A DNA stretch of 64,000 nucleotides from the human T2T-CHM13v2.0 reference genome, Homo sapiens. The DNA lies in assembly GCF_009914755.1 (NCBI RefSeq), contig NC_060930.1; one strand, 5' to 3'. A program made the position numbers and the translations under genes. Within the stretch, counting starts at the first letter, position 1; each line of letters begins with the position of its first letter. Below the pieces are notes generated by a model. That model did not search any database. It was not told the origin of the DNA and saw only the letters and a program-made list of their open reading frames with translations. Below are positions 49,489 to 64,000 of the stretch, one piece after another.

Positions 49489-51525
49489 CCTGTTGTAATA
49501 TTTTGCTTGTAATTTCTAGAATGATACTGAATAGCACTTTTGGTGAGCATCTTTGGCTTAATCCTCCCTTTAGCCTTTAGCACTGTTGGCTTTAGTCACT
49601 TTCTGCATATTGCCAAATTGCTTTTTGGAAAGCTGCACTAGAATTGGAGAGTGCTTGTCACCCATGTCCACACCCAAGCTTAGTGACCAGAGCATTGTGA
49701 AGGGTCTTTCCAATTTGTGGCTCTTGTCATTTTAAAATTAAATTTGGGTTTGCCATTTATTATTTTTTTCTAGAAATTCTCGAGTCTGAGAATATGAGAA
49801 TAGAGTTGGCCTAGGTTCATACATTGTTTTGTTCTCACCAGATAATTACACAACTTTTTCTTCCTATTCCAAAGTAACAGTGTTGTGGAGTGGAAATTAC
49901 TGTTGTTAATTTTAGCACCATAGTTTGGTGGAAAAAAGTATGGGTCTTGGAGCCAGATATCAGAACTAAGCTATGTCACTAATAGCCTAGTGACTTTTCA
50001 TAACCTTACTTAAACTCTTTGAACTTTAGTTTCAGCATTTGTAAAAAAAAAAAAAAAAGGATTTTCCTGTCTCACTGGGAGACTGAGAACATGGAGTAAG
50101 ATGCAAAGTGGGCCCTTCCTTAGTAATGGAGAAATCATTAGCATTCACATACAAGGCCATTCAGCAAGAAATCGTTGCCATTTGAGATTTTGATAGACTT
50201 TAATTTTGATCAGAGATAATTTTAACCTTTTTTTCTCCGTGATTCTTCATCCCTGATTTCCAGATGGAATCAGGGTCAATGATAATTGTCTCTGCATATT
50301 TCTTTAATAATCTATTTTATTCCAGATTTTAAACATTGCTTAATGGGTAGAATATAAATGAAATTGCAAAAGCAATGTCCAACATTTATTTAGCACTTTA
50401 CTATGTGGGCAGGTAATTAAGTACTTGACATATGTTTATTTAGTCTTCCCAACATTCCTACTTCTTGGGAAATGAAGGTGTTTGAAAAGTTACCCAGTCA
50501 GGTGGTGGGAGAGCCAGGCCCGGTGCCCAGCAGTCTTGCTGCTGAGCTGCTGTCACTGTTCTGCCTTTGTGGTCTTCACAGGGTTGCTCCCTTTATTCCG
50601 TGTTCCTTAAGCCCATTTTATTGCTTCTAGATCTAGGAAAAAACAAAAACACTGAGTTTTTGAAAAGGCTAATTGTTTTAAAGTTAAATAGTAAGTGTCA
50701 AATGTACAGCATTCATATCTATTAAATATACGTTAATTCTACTCTGTAGCAGTAAGACCCTTTCCTATCCAGGCAGTATAATTAGATCTTCTATTTATCT
50801 TTAATAGCCTTCTATTTATCTTAAGAACTCTGGCTTAATTTTCTCTTGGATTATTATAAAGTCTTCATTATTGAGATATTTTTGTCAGTAAATTGTCCTT
50901 ACTTGGTCCAACTTGGAGCTCTCTTTCTTTGTTTTGCTCTTGCATCATCATCTGAAGACCCTACCTTGGCTTTATCCTGCCAGGGACCGGTCATTCCAGC
51001 AAGATTCTCTCAACTCTGCTCCACAGCACTTTTTTGGCTCTTGATTACAGGATTTACCTTGTAGTATTGAAGTTGGTTTATTTTGCCCATCTTCTCTCAC
51101 TGTGTAGGGTGCTTCTCGGGGCTAGGGACTGGACTTCGATGAGTTTTGCATTGTCAGCACCCGGCCTGTTCGGCCTGTGGTGGGCACTCACTAAGTGTCT
51201 CTGGTACCGGGGCCGGTGATGGGCACTCAGTTAGCGTCTCTGGCCTGAGTGTTGCTTGGCTGCTTTCCTGGTTTGACACTGCACTTTAGACTATTGCAGC
51301 TAAAATTAACACACATCATCTGTTGATGTGATGCTTGCCTCCTTTTAAGCTTTTCTCAAGCTTTCAAAATTTCTTCCTGAAGTTTTTCCTTCACAGATGA
51401 AATTGCTCCTGAATTAGAGGTGATTTACTCCAGGCTTCCTTGTGCTTAAATGTGGCAACTTTCAAGGCTGCCTTCATTTTTGCCTCAGAGTTTATAAAGC
51501 AGCTTAGTGTGAATAGATGCTGTAG

Positions 51526-52386
<861 letters not shown>

Positions 52387-54631
52387 CCACATTAAAAATT
52401 TTGAAACGGTAGCTTTGATTCAGGTGTAACTGTCCTCCTAAAGAAAAATAAAATGTTCTGAGAAGTTTTAGTTTAAAGTTGGAAAGCACTGAGAATAAAT
52501 CTGTTTTGGGGGAAACATTGAAATGCTACGTTTGAAAATCTGTAGAATTTGCTTCAGGTGAGACAAAGGATGGGGTAAGTCATTGAAAGGACTCACTGGG
52601 ACACATGTGCAGTGGAGGGTTTAAAAGTATTTGCGGAAAAATATTTAGAACGTTTAATTTCTAAATTAGAAATGTATGAGTGAATTTAGGGGGAAGGGGC
52701 TGGTTAAGTACCCAGGGATTGGTTCCACAGTTGCTGAGCATACACTGTCACCAAGTCAGATGTGGCTACTGTCCTCGGGGAGGTGACAGGTAGAGGAGAA
52801 AGCCTTATCCACTAGGTTTTAATTCAAGGTGCCAAGGACCATGTGATGTGGCAACAGGTGCATTTCAAGCATAAAGAGGTGGAATTTTTCAGTTGGGAAT
52901 TACCAGTGGTCACCAATGTTTTTATCATCAGATTCTTTTTATATTTTCTTTCTTCCTCCCTTCCTGCCCCAATGGCTATGATCTTATTACTAGCCAAGAA
53001 TTGTTGTTCAGTACAAGATAATGGTATTAATAGCTCGTATTTGTTTTTTATGCTTAATGTGAGCTGAATGAGGGAGAGGCTGGAGCTGAAGAAGAGGATC
53101 TGGCAGTGAGTGCTGTGGAACCTCAGCATCCCAGGCCAGCCAAGGCAGAGGAACAAGCAGAGGAGACAGAAAGAATCACAAGGGAGGAGGAAACTATCAG
53201 GAAGTTCCTTTAGAGAGCTTACAATTAACTCACTGAAATCCCTCCACAGCTGCCTGAGATAGGTTTTGTCATACCTCCATTTTACAGTTGGGGAAACTGA
53301 GACCTTGAGTAGTTAAGTAGCATAGCTCTAATGCAGGAAGTAGTCATTGACAGACCCAAGATTTGAAGTGAGGCTGTCAGCCTCCTGAGTTCCCCTTCTT
53401 AATCACTACTGCTTTCCAAGTTTCTAGAGTGTTTCAGTCAAAAACAAATGTGACAGTTAGGTTTGTGTAACTTTACTATAGTAGATGTGTAGTTCTCAAT
53501 ACATACTTTATCTTAGCTAGAAGGCTAAGGAAACGATCAATATGTGTTTTAAATATTGAAAAAGAGCTTATGGACTTTGATTATTGGGTTTGTAGATGCA
53601 TAGAGATCTCATGACCTGGCTTTGGGAATCTGGTCCGATCTTGTCATTTTGCCTTTGGTGAAAGTGAAGGCCCTTGTTGAGGGACCTACCCGACACTTCA
53701 CTGGAGCTTGAGCCTGGGTCTCTTGAGTCCAAGGACAGAGTTTTTCCCATTGTACTATGATGTCCTTGGAATGTGTGTTCTTCACACAGACAGTGTTGCC
53801 AGTGAAAGTTAGGGAAAGTCAAAATGGGTAAGATGCTAAAAGAACAGATAAGCTTCAGGAGCCACATCCAATGTCTTCATTGAACTGGACCTTTCTGCAG
53901 GCCCTCTCTTTGCTCAGGTGTTGAGACTCCCCTCTCTGTTGGTTTCCTCCTCCCTGTTCATTCTTCCTTCTCACCCTCCTCTGCTGGCTCCCTACCTTTA
54001 TTTACCTGACGTGGGGTCACAGGGCTCACCACTAGAGCCTTTCCTCCATCCTCATCCTCCCTCACTGGGCTTAGTATGTTCTGTAGTTCTGTAGTTAAAA
54101 CTGACCTTTATGTCGATGACACTGACTTATCTCCAGTCTATACTTTGACTCTGAGGTTCAGATGCAAGTGTCCAGCTATTTACTTGACCCTGCCATTTGG
54201 ATGTCTCCTAAACATTGCAGACTCAACATGCCACATCTGCTCATGGCAACTCCATGCCCTGTCCCATTCTTCTTCAGCTCAATTACTGCCACCACCAATT
54301 GGGAATTATTCATAACTGTAATAGCTGACACTTACTGAGAGTTTATTATGTGCCGGCACTGCCTCAAAAATATTACACGAATTAACACAAATAATCTGTC
54401 TGGTCCTAACAATAGTACCATGAGGTAGGTTGTGGTAATAGTGATAGCTAATATAGCTCCTAGTATGTACCAGGCACAGTTTTAAGCATGTTACAGATAT
54501 TAACTCATTGAATTCTTATCATAGATTCATGAGGTAGATACTGTTATTATCTCTAATTGATAGGTAAGAAAACTGAATTACAGAGAGATTAAGTTACTTG
54601 CTCCACGTCCCTCGGTTAAAACCTGCCTCCC

Positions 54632-55524
<893 letters not shown>

Positions 55525-56613
55525 CTAAGCAAACCCCCAACGTCCTGGTCTTTTCCGTATCCTCATACATGCCAGTCTTTCCTGCCTCTTGTTAGCCTTT
55601 TATTGATCTCTTCCATTTTGTTGTTCTCTCTGTTAGAATGTAAGCTCCCTGAAGGCTAGAGTTTGATCATTGTAGAAAGAAATAAGTAAGAAATAAGAAC
55701 AGGTTTAATTTTAGGCTATATCAGCATTCCATTTTGAAAATGTGTTCTGAGTTCCAAAAGAGCCAAATCTTACTAGACTGGAACACAGTCCAGTGCCGAG
55801 TTGTGGAGTGCTTGTATAGTTCTGCCACTGTCTGGAGCCCACACGCTACAAGTGTCCCGCACAGTTGCAGCTGCTTTTTTTGTTGTTGTTGCTTTCCTCT
55901 TAGTCCTGCCCATCTTCTTCATGTGCCACGGTGTTTGAACTTCATGAGGCTGCTGCTGTCGAAACTGTGGTGATTCTGATGGTTCTGTGGATAGTGGAAG
56001 AAAACTGGCCAGGGACATACAGGGAGAGAAGCTGAGCCTGAGAGGGTTTGGCCATATTCCTGCCTGTGAAAGACCATGGGAGATGGTAATCTTCAAGGTC
56101 CCACACTGACCCTCACCAATTCATATTCTCCTGGCACTGATTTGCAAATTGATTAACAAGTCTAGCCGTCTGGATGGCCACAGTTACTACTTTCTTTAGC
56201 TCTCAATGCCCATTCTAACCCACGGCAGCGCTTTGTCACTGTCCCTAGAGATTCCTTTGAACCCACCTTGATGTACATAACTACACTAATGGCAAGTTCT
56301 TTCATTTTCTTCAGTAACCAGACCTGTCAGCATGGAGCCCAAGGAAATAGGTCTTATGAGAATTTCTGTAGTAAGCAAAAACGTAGAATTTGGGGTAATA
56401 TTAGTAAATAAACAATAACTTAGCAAATTAAGATCTTGTTTGTAGTTCTGCTGTGGAGGACAGTAACTCGTCATCTTATTTAAGACCCTGTGACTTTCAA
56501 AGAAGTGTCATTCTGTGAAAGTACTGAGGGAGGGTAGGCCCCTGCTGTGAATATAGGAGTATACAGTTCAGATATACTTTCTAAATATTGAGCAGGAGTA
56601 AAGACTGTAATAA

Positions 56614-57942
<1,329 letters not shown>

Positions 57943-59545
57943 TAATGACCTCTCAGTCAGGGAGGTCAGGAAAATGAGATTTCTTTGTAGCTATTAAAGA
58001 GTATCAGAGAAATTACTTTTGGTGTTGCAGCCCAAGTACATCATGGGTTAAAATGACTTTTACAGATTAGCCTGTGTAGCAGTGATAATGCTTATGACAT
58101 TACTTCTCTAGAAATATTTTTTCAGAATTCTGAACAACCTGTTTGTAAGAAGACTTTAACAACATAGTCCGTGGGTTAATTGGGGAGATTTATGTTAGGG
58201 CCACCAGGAGCAAGGATTAGCTTTGGCCACAGTAGCCAAAACAACTCTTGCCCCATCCCTCCCTCCTGCTCAGTGTGGCTCGTGTAGGTAGTTGTCTTGT
58301 TTCTAGTGTCACACTAGGCTTGGTTACACTGAGTTTCTGGTGGCCTGGAGGGTAACTTTTGGCCTTTGTGTGGAAGCTGTCACTTTGCACCTTAAATATC
58401 AGATCTTAATTCGGGGACTTCTTGAGATGATGTCCTTCAGTGATGCAGATATTCTGAAACAACTCCCTGTAACAGTCCCAGGTACCAGAGATATCCCTTC
58501 TTTTCTTTTTCTGGCAGCAGTAACCTTTGTGGTCTTTCTGGGCCATCTCAAGCTTGGCTTGAGGCAACTCTGTTTCCTTCACTCAGAGAGCATCATATCA
58601 ACTCCCATCACCTCATCCCTGGAATTCTCTTGACTTCTTTTGCTGCTGTGGCCTTTGAACCAGAGCCCAGGCTCAAGCTTTTGTTGGGTTCTCTCAGCAT
58701 AGGTGGAGGTGAATGTGGACTCCCTTCCTCTTGTGCTAAATTCATCATCATAGGCACGGAATAACTGGGCTTCAAGGGATCTTAAGTCTGTTGCATGTCG
58801 GTCAAGTGGACTGCCCTCTGTTTGCATTAGATGAAGTATTGGGGAAAGTGTAAGGTCTGTGTTTTCACAGCTCCTTTGAGACTGCTAAAGGTGTCTGGCC
58901 TGTACTGTGTGGTACAATGAGCTGTATTGACAATACAGCTTCACAAAGAGCAAGTCTAGTACTGTATCTTTCCATACAATTGTTTTGATGTAGTGCATTT
59001 TGTAGTGTTTAGAGGGGAAATGTAGAAGAAAATACTAGTTTTTTTTTTTTTTGGCTATATGCTTTAGTGTAAAATGATCCAGCACTTTCCAAAAGATATT
59101 TTTATTAGTAGTACTAAACTATTATCTGTATGCTCATGTTGATTAAATTGATCGAAAAGCTTAATTTTCAATACATATACTTAGATCTTTCCTAGAAAAA
59201 AATGTAATGTTAACTTTGATAATTCTTTTTGTTTGATGTTATTTGAGAACATTTTGACATCGTAAGTTGAGAAGAACAGTTGCTCTGATAATAGTGGGAT
59301 TATTTTCTTCTTGATCATTTTACCTATTTTATTAGTTTATTTTGTTTTTTAATAGGTGCCAGCAAGTATTCTTTATTTGATTCTGATATTTTTCCCCTTT
59401 AAGCATCTTATTGAACAAATACTTTTAGAGGACCTCCTATGTTTAGGGCACTGTTGTAGAACCAGTGAAAGGAAGGAGAGCTGGAGGTAAGTTGCAGTCT
59501 CTATTTGGGGAGCTTTCCTGGGTGAGTTTAGCTTTCTTTACGTAG

Positions 59546-59891
<346 letters not shown>

Positions 59892-61850
59892 TGGCTATAG
59901 TTTTTGAAAATGTAGAACAATAAGTAGATATTCAGAATTCAGAACTTAAATTATATATGCTTTCTACCGTCTAGTTTAAACTTTTAAAAGATACTGTTAA
60001 ATTCACACTTAAATTGCTTTAGTACGTCTTTATGATTTCAGCTCAAGTATGATAGAATGAAAATATGTTCTTTTCCCTTCACTGCTGTGTTCTGATCTTA
60101 ATGTCACGGGAAGACGGTAATATTCTGTTTGACACTAATACATTTAGAAGATAATTTCTAGCCTCAGTTTATGATAGCTATGTACATTTATGAGGAAAAT
60201 CTTTAACACATGGCTTACATCGTACAAAAATTAGTTTCAAATTACTTCATCTGTGTTTAATATCTGATTAATTATGTTAAGAAAAAAAGAGAAAAGAAAA
60301 TGGAGACTCTCTCTCTCCCAGGCCAGCCATTTGACGATAGCGTAATTGGGAACGTGTCCTTGGCCTCTTTCCTCCTCCTCCCCGCTAGAATGGTGTAGGT
60401 CCTCTTCACTCTTAGTGAGATATACAGCAGACCTATTCATTCTCTTCCAAGAAGTTCTCAAAACAGCAGACAGCTGTGAACACTTGATACGTGTTTGGCT
60501 TGGAATTCAGCATGTGAACCTCTGCTTAGATGGTTTTTCCCTAGACCAGAGGGCTTATTTCAGAACACAGTTGTGAAGTGAGGTGATGCTTCTTTACGGC
60601 GCGGCTAAACGTGTGCCACTAACTGCGTGGATAGACGAGATGCACTACGGTAGACGTGAGGGTTTGACTTTCTCCATCCATAACTGGGAAGTTAAAGTTG
60701 ACAGTTTGGTAAGAAGGAAAGTTGCGTATTTCTCGTGTATTCCATCGCCATTTCCTTTTATTTATCAACGTGAATGTTGAGAGTTGGGCCTCAGTATGAA
60801 TTTTAATTAGAATTGTAGTATAGCATTAATCTTACCATGGTAGCAAGACCAGTGTAATATGAATACACTTAAAAAAAACTTATACATTAAAAAATGAATA
60901 ATTGAAGCCATGCCAAGTCCATGATACTATGCATTCATGCCATTTTATCTTTTTTTAATTGCCTTTTTATTTTTGATATTTCAACTGATCATTTATTACC
61001 TTTTCCTCCCTGGTTATTTAAAGTTATCTTTTCTTCATTTTTCTTTACCAGGAATCTATTTTATTAGCGTTTTGGTACAAGTGGCTACCTGAATATAGAT
61101 TTTATTTTTGTTGTGAAAATTAGTTTCTTACAGAAATTCTTCAGTGAAATTAACAAGTGCCTCATGCCAAAGGAGAAAACTGGTCAGGAGGAGTCCCTGC
61201 ATAGTTTGATTTCCACTTAAATGAGGCCCTGCCTCAGTGTCTGTGCAGCTGTCTAACTGTTGGCTGCTGAGACAAGTCTGCAAGCCTAGCTTTCCTTATG
61301 GAGTGGTGATAGTTGGGTGATTAATTGAAGATATGATTTTGTATTTGAGGACCCATGCAGAAGAAAGTCTCACATTCTAATGGTCTTTGAAAGGTGCACT
61401 CTTTTAACTGTTTAAATTGGGAGAGAGAAATGCTGTAATTTGTCATCTAAATTAGAAAGTTAAGGCTGTTTTATTCTGCTTAGCACAGTGCCTGGGATGT
61501 TCGGCACTCAAGTGTTTGCACAGTGAATGAATAAATGGACAGATGGATGGATAAATAAATTTAGTTGATCTTTATTTTTAAAAAATATTTTATTTAAAAA
61601 GAAATGAATAGCAGATACCTTACATTAAACGTGAGGAGTAATAACTCACTTGTAGCTTTTGCACTCTCATTTCTTTGGGCAAATGACTGGGGTGAATGGA
61701 TTATGACAGGGGGCCAGGGTGAACCACCTCACTTTGTGGGTGTTATCGGAGGGATATTTAAAAAGGCAGAAGGAGAAAGAACATCTCATTTGTTTCCATG
61801 CATTTTACTGGTATCTCAGCGAGGTAATTCAGACTTAAATCCTAGGTTGA

Positions 61851-62163
<313 letters not shown>

Positions 62164-62911
62164 TAGCCAGAAGGGTTGATGGGGGCAGGTGGTTACATTT
62201 CACAGCGAAGCAGGGAGGTGGGTAAATGCAGTGCCGAGCCTTAGAACCAATCCTTAGCTTGTTAGCTGGCCTCATTAAGAGTCATGATTTTTAGGGAGAA
62301 GGGGAAGGACAGGTTCTCTTTTCTATTTTGTTCATAGCATGTTTTGGACCACATTAACCTAGCCCTTAAAACACTGCTTTTACTGAGTTACCCATTAATG
62401 TTAAGCTTTTATTCATGTTTGCTATAGGAAATAATTGTAAACCCTGTTTTTACATTTGTGTGAGATTATTGTCTTTGTCCCTTCCACCATCTGATGACTC
62501 TTCCGTAGTGCTTCATTGGTGACTTTTCTTCAAAATTTAATACTGGGAAAAACATTTTTCCTGGCTAACTAGTCAGTTTCCTCATTTCTGATAAGATTTG
62601 TGTAAGCCATCCTGAGTCTCTCTTTGCCCTGATGAAGAGTATACTTCAGGCCAAGTTTTTTATAGTTTGCATTAACATTTTTGCTGTCTTCTTTTTCTTA
62701 GCTCTATTTTTCCTTTTAAAAGTTATTATAAACAGTCTTATTTTGTATGTGCTTTTAATTAGGTGCTTTATATTCTTCTCGGAAAGAGTCATGTTTCTAA
62801 TAGATTCTTTAAAACAACAGTGCATGTTCATTTTTAAGTACTTTGAATTTATGCTTTTTGCTTCTGGAACCTTTTCTCGCTAACCCTAGTTAATTTTTCT
62901 TTCTCGTTTAG

Positions 62912-63027
62912 TCCTGGGTCAAGCTGAGTATCTCCACGTTTAGGTGCACAAATACTATTTTGTGAAGATCTTAAATTTGTGGTATAAGAACTTGAAGGAA
63001 ATAGAACTGATTTGTTACTTCTAAAAG
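62912..63027 (+). other. TULP4: Putative internal non-coding (5'UTR) exon of the host gene
   Basis: Branch point gcTAAC 62878-62884, pyrimidine tract, AG at 62910-62911, strong donor AAG|GTAAGC at 63027/63028; alternative acceptor at 62943/62944. Confidence 0.6.
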
Positions 63028-63508
63028 GTAAGCTTTTGATAAGTGAATATGAATTCCCTCTAAGAACTAGATGATATAAATCATTGCTGAACCCCAAACT
63101 AATGTTCATTATGTCCAGCTGTGATTATAACCTTTGACTGAAATGTGGGTTAAGGGGACATTTGGATCATTATCTTTTTTCCTGCTACCCGGTGTCTACT
63201 CTTTGATTTGAGGTAATGCTAGTTTCTGGGAAGAACGGCTACGAGATTTAAATCCTGCCATTAATTTTCTCATGTTATATTTGTGTACCTATAGGGCATG
63301 GTAGTAGTCAAGAATCAACTGAATTTTCCCTGACAGTTTTTATTCTTGTTGGTGTTAATTGTAATAACACCTGTGTAAAGCAGGCATCTGGATCTTCCAG
63401 GACCACAGATGCTTTCTTGATGAACCCCATGTCATGGTAACCCTTTCTCTGTCTAGAATTATTTTAATTATTTCATATACAGAACGTTATATTATATGAA
63501 AATCTATG

Positions 63509-63838
<330 letters not shown>

Positions 63839-64000
63839 CTAGATACAGTGCCGCCACCATGGCTCTATGGCTTCTTTTAGCCTCATTTTGCCAACTTGTA
63901 ACTATTAATATCTTCCATAAATGGTTATTGTTGTAATAAAAGAAAATCATTTTTAGAAATTTTGAAACACTATGTCTAGCTACATTCAATAATAATTGAA

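Overview
Alu-dense hominoid (very probably human) genomic DNA with no intact protein-coding exon recognisable. A CpG-island promoter and short GC-rich first exon (~13.05-14.5 kb, + strand, donor at 13704) open a long first intron that fills the rest of the window. From recall I assign this locus to TULP4 with the intronic pseudogene SRP72P2; that assignment is not provable from this sequence. A second, non-coding exon candidate lies at 62912-63027. The most striking structure is a minus-strand SRP72 processed pseudogene (~17876-23381) whose 5' end is fused directly to a tail-less AluS. One pair of target-site duplications encloses both parts, as expected for an Alu-SRP72 template-switch chimeric retrocopy. 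The chimera sits inside an L1MC-type element, itself inside an older L1. It was later hit by two more Alus, and a 5'-truncated SVA then inserted into one of those Alu tails, giving a five-layer nest. Other notable signals are tandem E-box/CLEAR-like motifs at the promoter, a spliced uORF, a CpG-retaining low-GC segment with a strong splice donor at 60.6-60.8 kb (possible internal promoter), and two antisense AluY insertions at the same position of host AluJ elements. Repeat subfamily calls and boundaries were made by eye and are approximate.
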